Shown here: piece by piece, positions 18,423-27,856 of the stretch | Numbering within the stretch: position 1 is the stretch's first letter | How the letters are laid out: each line of letters opens with the position of its first letter | Origin: an uncultured Syntrophomonadaceae bacterium | GTDB lineage: Bacteria > Bacillota > Dethiobacteria > DTU022 | Reading direction: 5' to 3' | Assembly (NCBI GenBank): GCA_964390725.1 | Contig: CAYMIW010000010.1 | Span: 1,721 to 65,720 of the forward strand | Length of the DNA stretch: 64,000 nucleotides | Notes under the pieces: generated by a model | What the model was told of the DNA's origin: nothing | Seen by the model: the letters and a program-made list of their open reading frames with translations, nothing else | The model's database searches: none | Program-made: the position numbers and the translations under genes

Positions 18423-20361
18423 ACAAAAAAGACTAATAAACAGCTCGGAATATGCAAATGAAACAGGAGCATGCAACTGCAGTAACGGTTGCAATTACCA
18501 GGATGCAGGAGTAGATGCTTCTTCGACTTTAAAGAGGAAAGCAGGCTTCTATATACTTGGCTTTCTTATATTTATAGCCGGCTTTTTTGTGCCTGAAAAT
18601 ATGATATTGAAATTGATATTTTTTGGGGCAGCTTACCTTATCTTTGGTGCTTCGGTTTTATTAAGAGCTACCCTTAATATTGCAACAGGGAAAATATTTG
18701 ATGAAAACTTTTTAATGTCAATCGCTACCCTCGGTGCTTTCGCGATAGGAGAATATCCTGAAGGCGTGGCCGTAATGGTTTTTTACCAGGTTGGAGAGCT
18801 GTTGCAGGATAAAGCAGTAGATCGCTCCAAGCGGCAGATTAGCAGCTTGATTAATATTCGTCCTGATTATGCCAATTTACAAATAGATGGAAAAACTGAA
18901 AAAGTAAACCCCTCTAAAGTAAAAATGGGAGATCATATCATGGTTCGTCCCGGTGAACGCATACCTCTTGATGGGATAGTTATCGAAGGAAGTTCATCGA
19001 TTGACCTTTCAGCCCTTACGGGAGAATCGCTGCCCCGTGATGTTGCAGTCGGCGACGAAGTACTTTCAGGTTCCGTGAACCAGGGCGGGTTGCTCTCAGT
19101 GAAAGTCAGCAGCGAATTCAACCGATCCACGGTCAGTCGTATTCTGTCCCTGGTTGAAAATGCCTCGGCACGCAAGGCTCGCACTGAGCAGTTTATAACT
19201 CGTTTTGCAGCCTATTATACTCCTGCAGTGGTTTTTGTTGCCCTGGCCATAGCCTTTTTGCCGCCCCTTTTACAAACCGGCCAGGAACTTTCAACCTGGG
19301 TGTACCGGGCCCTGGTATTTTTGGTTATATCCTGTCCCTGTGCCCTGGTTATTTCAATTCCGCTTGGTTTCTTCGGTGGCATCGGGGGTGCTTCCCGACG
19401 CGGTATCCTGGTTAAAGGAGGCAATTACCTGGAGGCTTTAAGCCGAATTGACACGGTAATATTTGATAAGACAGGTACCCTTACCCATGGTCATTATACT
19501 GTTGAAAAAGTTGAAAATACTGAAGGATTCAGCAGTGATCAACTACTGCATTATGGGGCTGCTGCTGCTTTGCATTCAACTCATCCTGTTGCCCGTTCGG
19601 TTGGCCGGGCCTGGACAGAGCCGATTAATCAGGAAAAATTGTATCAATACCAGGAAATCCCCGGCCGGGGGATCCGGGTTCAATACGATAAGTCACGGAT
19701 ATTAATGGGTAATCGTGAACTGCTTGCCGAAGAGGGGTTGGAAATAAAGCCTGACAAGGATCAAAGGGCAAGGGTTTACCTTGCTGTTGATGGGCGCTAT
19801 GCCGGTAGTATTATTGTTTCTGATGAGCTTAAAGAGGATGCTGCTCCCGCTGTTGACCAGTTGAGGAAACTTGGGGTGAACAGGGTTGTTATGCTGACCG
19901 GTGACAAAAAACCAGTTGCTGAAGATATCGGTCGCAGGCTGAACCTGGATCAGGTGTATGCCGAACTTTTACCTGATCAGAAGCTGGCAATAATCGAGAA
20001 GCTGGAAAAACTGAAGAATGGCAATGGCAAGAACGTTTTTGTCGGTGATGGTATTAACGATGCGCCTGCGTTGGCCCGGGCGGAAATTGGAGTTGCTATG
20101 GGCGGGGTAGCCTCCGATGCAGCCATTGAGGCGGCTGATATAGTCCTGATGACCGGACAGCCGTTAAAGCTGGTTGAAGCATTACAGATAGCCCGTAAAA
20201 CAAAGAACATTGTAATGCAGAATATAGTTCTTGCTCTCGGGGTGAAAGCAGTAATTATGGCTCTCGGGCTTTTCGGTTTTGCTTCAATGTGGGGAGCAGT
20301 TTTTGCCGATGTTGGCGTAGCCCTACTGGCTACCTTGAATGCAATCAGGGCAATGCACTAA
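18415..20361 (+). CDS. cadA: P1B-type heavy-metal (Cd/Zn) ATPase
   Basis: TGES, SCPCAL, DKTGT, HP, GDGINDAP, ADVG; Cys-rich short N-terminus. Confidence 0.92.
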   Translation: MNKQKRLINSSEYANETGACNCSNGCNYQDAGVDASSTLKRKAGFYILGFLIFIAGFFVPENMILKLIFFGAAYLIFGASVLLRATLNIATGKIFDENFLMSIATLGAFAIGEYPEGVAVMVFYQVGELLQDKAVDRSKRQISSLINIRPDYANLQIDGKTEKVNPSKVKMGDHIMVRPGERIPLDGIVIEGSSSIDLSALTGESLPRDVAVGDEVLSGSVNQGGLLSVKVSSEFNRSTVSRILSLVENASARKARTEQFITRFAAYYTPAVVFVALAIAFLPPLLQTGQELSTWVYRALVFLVISCPCALVISIPLGFFGGIGGASRRGILVKGGNYLEALSRIDTVIFDKTGTLTHGHYTVEKVENTEGFSSDQLLHYGAAAALHSTHPVARSVGRAWTEPINQEKLYQYQEIPGRGIRVQYDKSRILMGNRELLAEEGLEIKPDKDQRARVYLAVDGRYAGSIIVSDELKEDAAPAVDQLRKLGVNRVVMLTGDKKPVAEDIGRRLNLDQVYAELLPDQKLAIIEKLEKLKNGNGKNVFVGDGINDAPALARAEIGVAMGGVASDAAIEAADIVLMTGQPLKLVEALQIARKTKNIVMQNIVLALGVKAVIMALGLFGFASMWGAVFADVGVALLATLNAIRAMH

Positions 20362-20427
20362 AAGGGATAAAAATTAACCGCTAACAGGCTAACCCTGTTG
20401 ATACTGCAGTTTTTTACATCTTTATTT

Positions 20428-20613
20428 TTATTTGCCTTCCCTGCCTGCGACGACAAACAGGATCAATCCCAGGCCGAGTGCAAACATTGTTAATGGGCAG
20501 GGCAGCCCCCAGGCGGGGTTGATTATATTAGGTATGCCGGCTATAGCCAGTATGCCATCCAGGATAAACAGTGCCCCGGCGATCACCAGGAGTAATTTTG
20601 AAAGAAAAAACAA
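20428..20613 (-). CDS. Small two-TM membrane protein
   Basis: 61 aa hydrophobic hairpin with GGAGG RBS upstream. Confidence 0.6.
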   Translation of the reverse strand: MFFLSKLLLVIAGALFILDGILAIAGIPNIINPAWGLPCPLTMFALGLGLILFVVAGREGK

Positions 20614-20916
20614 ATTACCAACCTCCTACAGTATTAATATAAAAACCTGTTCATTTGATTTGTCCAGGTATCAATAATTTCTGCTGTATGTTAAGATTTT
20701 CTTGTACGAACGATTTCTGTTTTTAATTATGTTTTATTATGATCAGGTTAATACGTATCTGTTTAAGTATAGCATAAAGCAAAGCTGATCCGGTATTATT
20801 TATACAGCAGGAACATTGACAAGGTTTTATCGCCACTTGAATTTTATTAAAGAAGGATATAAATCTGAAGTGTTGTAATCGGTTGAGCTGTTATTAAGTT
20901 TTGGTGGGGTGATTAT

Positions 20917-21165
20917 ATGGGTGTAACCATTCTTATTGTTGTTGCAGTGACATTTGTTCTATATTACTTTTGGAAGCATAACCGCTGGGGTGTGGGCAAA
21001 AAATATGCTTTACGCCAGGATGCCCGTCGCCTTTTAAATGTTGAACCTGAAGCTGCAGATCAGATAATCGACAGGCAAATGGAAGTTTTAAAGAAAAGCC
21101 ACCCCGGTCGTACTGAAGAATGGTACCTGGAGAAAATCATCTATGACCTGGAAAGGGATCGTTAG
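20917..21165 (+). CDS. Small membrane-anchored hypothetical protein
   Basis: N-terminal TM, charged helical C-terminus ending EWYLEKIIYDLERDR; GGGGTGA RBS. Confidence 0.65.
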   Translation: MGVTILIVVAVTFVLYYFWKHNRWGVGKKYALRQDARRLLNVEPEAADQIIDRQMEVLKKSHPGRTEEWYLEKIIYDLERDR

Positions 21166-21251
21166 CTTTCATTTTTCAGTAAACCATGCAGCTCAGGTTA
21201 GAACGGAGAGGATTAATAAAAACAAATGATTAAAGAACAGGGGGAGGTCCC

Positions 21252-21818
21252 GTGAAAGCGCTAATTATTTCTGATCTCGATTTTAAAACTGATCTTTTTA
21301 AGCAGTTGAACAGCCTGTTAACCGGATATTTGCTTGAGAAGGGTTCTTCAATAGAAAGAATTGAAATTGGCAGAAACGACCTGGCTTTTTGCAGGGGTTG
21401 TTTTGGTTGTTGGGTGCAAAAACCGGGTGAGTGTGTGGTTGATGATAAAATGACTGAGATTAACCGCAGTTACATGAGTGCTGATGTGGTGTTCTTCCTC
21501 TCCCCGGTAGTTTTCGGCCAGTTTAGCGCTAATATGAAAAATGCCCGTGACAGGTGGCTCCCCAACATGCTGCCTTTCTTTAAGGTCAGGCCGGACGGTT
21601 CAACAATACATCCACCGCGTTATGATGATTATCCAACTTTGCTGATCATCGGTTATGCTGATGAAATTACCGAAGAAGATCTGAAACTATTTATTGATAT
21701 TACCAAAAAACACCTGCGGGAGATTGAGGCGTTTATTTTCCGGGATGAAAACGGGAAAGCAGATTTAATCAATGCACTGGATAAGATCAAACTGATGAAG
21801 GTGAGAGGGATAATATGA
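21252..21818 (+). CDS. Flavodoxin-like / iron-sulfur flavoprotein family
   Basis: CRGCFGCW..PGEC..DKM, SPVVFGQFSANMK..DR; GGAGG RBS. Confidence 0.8.
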   Translation: MKALIISDLDFKTDLFKQLNSLLTGYLLEKGSSIERIEIGRNDLAFCRGCFGCWVQKPGECVVDDKMTEINRSYMSADVVFFLSPVVFGQFSANMKNARDRWLPNMLPFFKVRPDGSTIHPPRYDDYPTLLIIGYADEITEEDLKLFIDITKKHLREIEAFIFRDENGKADLINALDKIKLMKVRGII

Positions 21819-22522
21819 GTGGAGATAAAAATAATATTGTTATGATCAGTGCCAGCCCCAAGGCAGGAACAGAATCTGCTTCAGCTTTTCTGGCTGACCT
21901 GCAGGCAAGATTTTTTCGGGATATGGGTTTTTCTACTTTAAGACTTGATGTGCGCAAAAGTTTAATCAGGGGTAATGTGGAAAATGATTATGCCCTAATG
22001 CTGGAAGCAGATGCAATAATAATTACGTTTCCCCTGTACATATACTGCCTGCCGGGGATGCTGATGCGTTTTCTCCAGGATTACCTTGATTTTTGCCGGG
22101 TGAAAGGTCGAAATAACTCCGGAACCAGGATTTATGCTGTGGTAAACTGTGGTTTTCCTGAAGCTTGGATCAATAATGAAGCAGTAGGTGTAATAAGCAG
22201 TTTCAGCCGCAGCATTGGTGCCATGTTTCGGTTTGGTCTTCTCATCGGCGGCGGCGGAATGCTGGTCGGTACCTGTGATGCTCCCTTTATGAGAAAAACA
22301 ATGGGCCGGATAAGCGGAGCTTTTATTAAAATGGGAGAAGATATAAAAATTAAAGGATCAGAAAAGATTGATAATATTCTCGTTGAAGCCAGCATACCTC
22401 ACCGGTTGTACCATTTCATGGGCAATAAGGGTTGGGTTATTTCGGCTAAAAGTAACAACCTGAAAAAGAAAGATTTATACAGGAAGCCTTACCAACCCGA
22501 AACCTCCGGAGAAAGCGGCTAA
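21815..22522 (+). CDS. Flavodoxin-fold (FMN reductase-like) protein
   Basis: ISASPK..S, ADAIIITFPLYIYCLPG, VVNCGFPE; overlaps the upstream gene. Confidence 0.75.
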   Translation: MSGDKNNIVMISASPKAGTESASAFLADLQARFFRDMGFSTLRLDVRKSLIRGNVENDYALMLEADAIIITFPLYIYCLPGMLMRFLQDYLDFCRVKGRNNSGTRIYAVVNCGFPEAWINNEAVGVISSFSRSIGAMFRFGLLIGGGGMLVGTCDAPFMRKTMGRISGAFIKMGEDIKIKGSEKIDNILVEASIPHRLYHFMGNKGWVISAKSNNLKKKDLYRKPYQPETSGESG

Positions 22523-22536
22523 GAGCAGGTTTCTTC

Positions 22537-22905
22537 TTAACTGTTTAGTATTTCAAACCTTGCTTTTTTGCTTAACCCGTTTAAAATTAATGCATGTGAC
22601 TCATCAATCAGCTCTTTCAGCAGATCATCGGGCACTTCTCCATCAAGGTAAATTGAATTCCAGTGTTCCTTATTCATGTAATAGCCGGGTTTAATATCCT
22701 TATATTCTTCCCTGAGCAGCTGGCCGTGTGATGGTTCAAGCTTTAAGGTGATTATATCTTTGCCCTCGTTATCATGCCCCACCATGCCAAACATCTTGCC
22801 TTTGAGCATGTAACGGGTAACACCCCATTCTTCTTTAAAATCTTTATCTGCCCCCTGTTTTGTTTTACAGTAATTATCAAGCCATTTGTAAGGCATCCTG
22901 CCCAC
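22537..22905 (-). CDS. MmcQ/YjbR family protein
   Basis: GKMF..ITLK.EP..LR..IKPGYYMNKEHWNSI..LIDESH. Confidence 0.9.
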   Translation of the reverse strand: MGRMPYKWLDNYCKTKQGADKDFKEEWGVTRYMLKGKMFGMVGHDNEGKDIITLKLEPSHGQLLREEYKDIKPGYYMNKEHWNSIYLDGEVPDDLLKELIDESHALILNGLSKKARFEILNS

Positions 22906-23034
22906 CTCCGGTTAAAAATAGTCCTTTAATTAAATTTATATGATCCTGATCTGCCTGAATATATAATTCGTCATGGCGGACTTATATTTCCTGCAGTATA
23001 ATGAGCACATAAAAATAAATGTGAGGGAATTACA

Positions 23035-24108
23035 ATGGGCAATAGTCTGAAAGACCTGGGATTTAATCAAAACTTTCTGCAGGAAGCTGCTTCATATGAA
23101 GGGTATTACCCGGGCAGGATAATCTCACAGTATAAAGATTACTACAGGGTGGCAACAGAAAAATCAGAAATGATTGCCGAGGTTGCCGGGAAACTGCGTT
23201 ACAATGCCCTTACCAGTGCTGATTATCCGGCTGTGGGCGACTTCGTGATGGTTGACCGGGAAGAGGGGCAGGCCGGTAACGCGATTATTCACCACATTTT
23301 AAAGCGGAGGAGCGTTTTTGAAAGAAAAGCAGCAGGAACCAGCCAGGATACACAGGTAATTGCAGCTAATATTGATATGGTTTTTATTTGCATGGCTTTG
23401 AATAATGATTTTAACCTGCGCAGGCTTGAGCGATACCTGTCAATAACCTGGGCCAGTGGTGCTGTACCTGTTGTAGTGCTTACCAAGGCTGATCTTAGTG
23501 ATGATATTACTTTTAAACTGGGCCAGGTGGAAACAGTTGCAGTAGGTGTTGATGTACTGGTAACAACCAGCCTTACCAATGATGGGTATAAGCCAATCAA
23601 AAAGTATATTTCCACCGGTAAAACTGTTGCTTTTATCGGTTCTTCCGGAGTAGGTAAGTCTACCCTGATAAACCGCTTACTGGGCAGTAATGTAATTATA
23701 ACTAAAGCGACCCGTAAAGACGATAAGGGAAGGCATACCACTACCAGAAGGGACCTGATCCTAATCCCTTCCGGAGGAGCGGTAATTGACACTCCGGGGA
23801 TGCGGGAACTGGGAGTGGAGAGCGCTGACCTGGGTAAAACATTCTCCGACATAGACGATCTGGCAGCACAATGCCGTTTTAACGATTGTACCCACAGCAG
23901 CGAGCCTGGCTGTGCGGTTTTGAAAGCTGTTGCTGCCGGGGAGATATCGGAAAAACGCCTGGAAAACTATAAAAAATTACAGAAAGAAGCTATTTATGAT
24001 GGTTTAAATGCAAAACAAATTGAACATGAAAAAATCAACAGGATGTTTTCCGGTTTCGGAGGAATTAAAAACGCTCGTAATTTTATCAAACATAATAATA
24101 AACGCTAA
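23035..24108 (+). CDS. rsgA: Ribosome small subunit-dependent GTPase RsgA
   Basis: PAVGDFV, TKAD, GSSGVGKST, GRHTTT, DTPG, CRFNDCTHSSEPGC. Confidence 0.93.
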   Translation: MGNSLKDLGFNQNFLQEAASYEGYYPGRIISQYKDYYRVATEKSEMIAEVAGKLRYNALTSADYPAVGDFVMVDREEGQAGNAIIHHILKRRSVFERKAAGTSQDTQVIAANIDMVFICMALNNDFNLRRLERYLSITWASGAVPVVVLTKADLSDDITFKLGQVETVAVGVDVLVTTSLTNDGYKPIKKYISTGKTVAFIGSSGVGKSTLINRLLGSNVIITKATRKDDKGRHTTTRRDLILIPSGGAVIDTPGMRELGVESADLGKTFSDIDDLAAQCRFNDCTHSSEPGCAVLKAVAAGEISEKRLENYKKLQKEAIYDGLNAKQIEHEKINRMFSGFGGIKNARNFIKHNNKR

Positions 24109-24121
24109 TTTTAAGCGGTTT

Positions 24122-25447
24122 TTATTTCATTAACTTAGCTGCTTCCATGGCCAGTGAAGAACGTTTTGTTTCTGTCAGGGTAATGTGAGCATGCAGTGGA
24201 CTGTTTTTCATTTTTTCAACAGCCCAGGAAAGCCCGTTTGTGCGTGCATCCAGAAAAGGATTATTGATTTGCTCAGGGTCTCCAACCAGCACAATTTTTG
24301 TACCTTCACCGGCCCGTGTAATAATGCCTTTAGCCTGTTTCGGTGTCAGGTTTTGCGCTTCATCAATTAAAATATATTGCCCAACAATTGATCTGCCCTG
24401 CAGGTAAGCTATTGCTTCAGTTACTATTTTTCGTGAAGAAAAAAGGTAAGCAACTTTTCCGTCCAACTCACGCTCATTTTCATAACGATCAGGATGTGAA
24501 TCAACTAATTGTTCCAGGTTGTCGTAAATTGGCCGCATGTAAGGAGCAATTTTGTCAATTTCGTCTCCGGGTAGGAAACCGATATCTTCTCCCATACTTA
24601 CATTTGGCCGACAGATCAACATTCTGCGGTAAATGTTTTCATCGAGCACTTTTTCCAGGCCTACACCCAGGGCAAGCAGGGTTTTCCCGCTTCCGGTTGC
24701 GCCCATCAGGGTTACCATGGGAATGCTGTCGTCACGCAGGGCTTCGCGGGCAAATTTTTGCAGCAGGTTAAGTTTGAAGCCGTAAAAATCGGGACGGGTA
24801 TCATTTAGCAAAGTCATTTTGCCGTCCTTGTAACGGGTCAGTGCAGTTTTTTGCTCATTTTGTTCTGATTTCATCAGGTAATACTGGTTGGTTGGGTTTG
24901 GTTCTTTTGCCCAACTTAAACTGTTATTCTTGTATAATTGATCAATATTATCTTCTTCAGTAATCAGTTCATCCCAACCCCGGTATTGCTCATCAATGTC
25001 AAATTCCACCTGCTCATTGCGATAATCCTGGGCCATAAGGCCTAAAACATCAGCCTTTATGCGCAGGTAAACATCCTTGGTTATTATAATTACCTGCTGG
25101 TTATTTTTCTGAAGATTTTTTGCCACTGCCAGCAAACGGTTGTCCCTTTTATCACCCTGCCAGGAGCAGGGGAGTACAGGTGAGTCAGAACAATTCATTT
25201 CAACACGTAGTTCACCCCCGTTTGGCAAGGGCACTCCTTCATATAGTTCGCCTTCTGACCGGAGTTGATCTAAAAACCGGGCTACCCAACGGGTATTGGC
25301 CCGGATTTCATAATCAGATGCTTTTTTCATATTATCCAGTTCTTCAAGAACACAAGCGGGAAGGACTATCAGGTTGTCTTTAAAACCAAGGACGGCATTT
25401 GGCGATTGCAGCAAGACACTGGTATCCAGAATGTAGATTTTTCTCAA
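24122..25447 (-). CDS. PIN-PhoH (YlaK/PhoH2-like) protein
   Basis: N-terminal PIN (ILDTSVLL..VLEELD..DNRLL..TKD..LRIKA); GATGSGKT, GFLPG, YLQGRS, DEAQN, GDPEQ. Confidence 0.9.
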   Translation of the reverse strand: MRKIYILDTSVLLQSPNAVLGFKDNLIVLPACVLEELDNMKKASDYEIRANTRWVARFLDQLRSEGELYEGVPLPNGGELRVEMNCSDSPVLPCSWQGDKRDNRLLAVAKNLQKNNQQVIIITKDVYLRIKADVLGLMAQDYRNEQVEFDIDEQYRGWDELITEEDNIDQLYKNNSLSWAKEPNPTNQYYLMKSEQNEQKTALTRYKDGKMTLLNDTRPDFYGFKLNLLQKFAREALRDDSIPMVTLMGATGSGKTLLALGVGLEKVLDENIYRRMLICRPNVSMGEDIGFLPGDEIDKIAPYMRPIYDNLEQLVDSHPDRYENERELDGKVAYLFSSRKIVTEAIAYLQGRSIVGQYILIDEAQNLTPKQAKGIITRAGEGTKIVLVGDPEQINNPFLDARTNGLSWAVEKMKNSPLHAHITLTETKRSSLAMEAAKLMK

Positions 25448-25661
25448 GCTATATCACGCCCCTTATCGGTTTTTTTACTTAAGTCTTCCCCTTTCCAGGT
25501 TCATCTGACATTCTCTTTTATTGCTTTGACAAAAGATCTGATAATCCTGCTCTTTATAACCGGGCCAGGCGAAGTATTCTGTTCGGGCCGTTAATATAAA
25601 CCGGGAAGGCGATAAAAGTACAGCAAACAACTTCAACGGATTTAAAAATTTAAAAAGAATA

Positions 25662-25711
25662 TTGACAGAACGATTTCTATAGTATATTGTATTAATACAT
25701 TGATACAATAT
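25662..25711 (+). promoter_or_regulatory. Sigma-A promoter with 9-bp inverted repeat operator
   Basis: TTGACA (25662-25667), 17 nt, TATTGT; ATATTGTAT-N10-ATACAATAT at 25684-25711. Confidence 0.6.
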
Positions 25712-25730
25712 AAGAGTGAAGGTGATACTT

Positions 25731-26561
25731 ATGATTAACCGGAAAGATATATCCATCTATATTATTGTTGTTTTTGTAATAACCTATGTTCTTAATCTTT
25801 ATCTTTACCTGCAGGGAGGATTAATGTCAACTGCTTCCCTGGTTGTTCTAATGGTGCAGATGCTCATCCCGGGCCTGGTGGCAGTTTTCATGATTATCAG
25901 GGGTAAAGAACGTTTAAAAGATTACGGCCTCACTTTTGGTGGATTAAGATACTACCTGCTTGCCCTGCTCTTGATAATAGGCTACCAGCTGTTATTTGTC
26001 CTCGTTGCCGCAGCATTTGGTCTGGGTAATCTTGTTTCCCTAACCGAAGGGTTTTCCCTGTTTGCCCCTGGAGCAAATCTGCCGTTGTGGCAGATCATAC
26101 TAATTATTTTCATTCTTGCTCCCCTCCAGAATTTACTTTTCGGTTTAGGCGAGGAGTTTGGCTGGCGGGGTTATTTGTCCGGCAAACTGTTGCCCGGCGG
26201 CCTTTTTAAAACAATTATTATTGTTGGTATAGTCTGGGGTTTATGGCATGCCCCGGTAATTCTTATGGGGCATAATTTTCCCGAACATCCCCTGCCCGGA
26301 GTTTTTATCATGTCCTTGTCCTGCATACCCCTGGGTGCGGTATTACTCTGGCTGCGATTAAAATCAGGCAGCGCAATTGTAGCCGGATTTGCTCACGGGG
26401 CCCTGAACGCAACTGTTTTTTTTGGGGGGGCATTTATCCCCACTGCCCCGATGATTTGGAGCAACCCAATCGGACTGCTTGGCTTTCCTTTACTGGTTAT
26501 TCTGGCTTACTGCCTCTTTCGTTTTTTTCCGGTTCCAGGCAGTATCTCAGGCGGGGAATAA
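25731..26561 (+). CDS. CPBP (CAAX/Abi) intramembrane metalloprotease
   Basis: GEEFGWRGYL, WGLWH, GFAHGALN; start ATG 25731 after AAGGTGA. Confidence 0.9.
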   Translation: MINRKDISIYIIVVFVITYVLNLYLYLQGGLMSTASLVVLMVQMLIPGLVAVFMIIRGKERLKDYGLTFGGLRYYLLALLLIIGYQLLFVLVAAAFGLGNLVSLTEGFSLFAPGANLPLWQIILIIFILAPLQNLLFGLGEEFGWRGYLSGKLLPGGLFKTIIIVGIVWGLWHAPVILMGHNFPEHPLPGVFIMSLSCIPLGAVLLWLRLKSGSAIVAGFAHGALNATVFFGGAFIPTAPMIWSNPIGLLGFPLLVILAYCLFRFFPVPGSISGGE

Positions 26562-26979
26562 TCAGGTTGTTATCTACTATTGATCTTGTGGTGCCGACCT
26601 GTTCGGCACCCAGTTTTATATAAAAAGGCTTGGCACATGGGCTCGTAACCCAGTGCAGTTCTTTTATCCCTTTTTGGCGACACAGGCCGAGCATGTAATG
26701 CCACATTTCCCTGCCAACACCCCGGCCGATCATGTCGCGCCTGACATAAAAAAAATCAAGCTCATTAACTTCATTTTCTTCTACACTGAAAAAACCGGAA
26801 ATTTTGTTATCCCTGATTGTAACAAATACAGTATGGTTATCCAGGTAATTTTCACCCATTACAAATACTTCTGCAAACCTGGCCATATACTCTTCATCAA
26901 AGCCCCAGTATGCCTGGGCTTCGAAGGCCAGCTTATTTAAAGCGACAACTTCATTTTCTTCTGCCTGGCGAAATATCAT
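26497..26979 (-). CDS. GNAT acetyltransferase
   Basis: AYWGFDEEYM, LDFFYVRRDMIGRGVGR, AKPFYIKLG. Confidence 0.85.
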   Translation of the reverse strand: MIFRQAEENEVVALNKLAFEAQAYWGFDEEYMARFAEVFVMGENYLDNHTVFVTIRDNKISGFFSVEENEVNELDFFYVRRDMIGRGVGREMWHYMLGLCRQKGIKELHWVTSPCAKPFYIKLGAEQVGTTRSIVDNNLIIPRLRYCLEPEKNERGSKPE

Positions 26980-27115
26980 TGCATCACCCTGAAAAAACCG
27001 CACCCAATCGGTTTTAAATCCTTTCTTTTTGATTATATTATAAAGGAGCTACTCCCAAATTGTCGAACTGTCGAGGTAACAGGATTGTTTACGGTAAAAG
27101 GAGAGAAACAGGGCC

Positions 27116-27565
27116 ATGAAGATTATCATTGACGCGGATGCCTGTCCAAAACCAGTGCTTAATATTTGCCTGGACCTCGGGCGGCAGTATAACATACCGG
27201 TCTGGACGGTAGCCAGCTATAATCATAATATAGTATCTGATCATCACCTGGTAGTGGATTGCGATTCCCAGGAAGCTGATTTAAAGATAGTAAATATTTC
27301 CTCCGGGGGCGATATTGCTGTAACCCAGGACTGGGGTCTGGCAGCCATGTTGATAGGTAAAAATGTCAGGACAATTAATCCCGGCGGTAAAGAATACCGG
27401 CCTGAAATGATTGAATTTATGCTTGAGGAACGGGAGCTTAAGGCAAAAGCCCGCCGCGGCGGAGTTCGGACAAAAGGGCCTAAAAAGCGTAACCCGGAAG
27501 ATGATCAACGTTTTCATCAATGCCTTGAAAATATTATTCTCAAGCTGCTTCCGGACATATCCTGA
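27116..27565 (+). CDS. YaiI/YqxD (DUF188) family protein
   Basis: [32 protein letters not shown]. Confidence 0.9.
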   Translation: MKIIIDADACPKPVLNICLDLGRQYNIPVWTVASYNHNIVSDHHLVVDCDSQEADLKIVNISSGGDIAVTQDWGLAAMLIGKNVRTINPGGKEYRPEMIEFMLEERELKAKARRGGVRTKGPKKRNPEDDQRFHQCLENIILKLLPDIS

Positions 27566-27780
27566 GCTTAATTCAATCAGCTGTTTTCTGTTTTAATATT
27601 GAAAAACAAAATTATGTCTACTGATTAGATTGTCCCGCCTGCTAACTACTGTTCACTTTTCCCCTGCAGTAAAAATTTAAACGAACCGCTTTTCAGCTTC
27701 TGTTGCTATAAGGAGAAAAAGAGCACAATTTATTTTGGCTTTTTATTAGCAGTCTTTTGCGGTTTGTCGATCGGCATGTC

Positions 27781-27833
27781 TTGACAAGAGGTAAAGTACA
27801 AAATATTATAGTGGTGGTTGGTGGTTGAACCAC
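27781..27833 (+). promoter_or_regulatory. Sigma-A promoter plus FadR-subfamily operator
   Basis: TTGACA (27781-27786), 17 nt, TATTAT (27804-27809); GTGGT-TGA-ACCAC at 27821-27833, matching the TGGT-N3-ACCA type. Confidence 0.7.
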
Positions 27834-27856
27834 AATACGTCAGGAGGGATGTCATA

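Noticed and set aside
25475-25756. 93-aa minus-strand ORF
   Set aside because: It overlaps the CPBP promoter and start on the opposite strand and has no recognisable motif.
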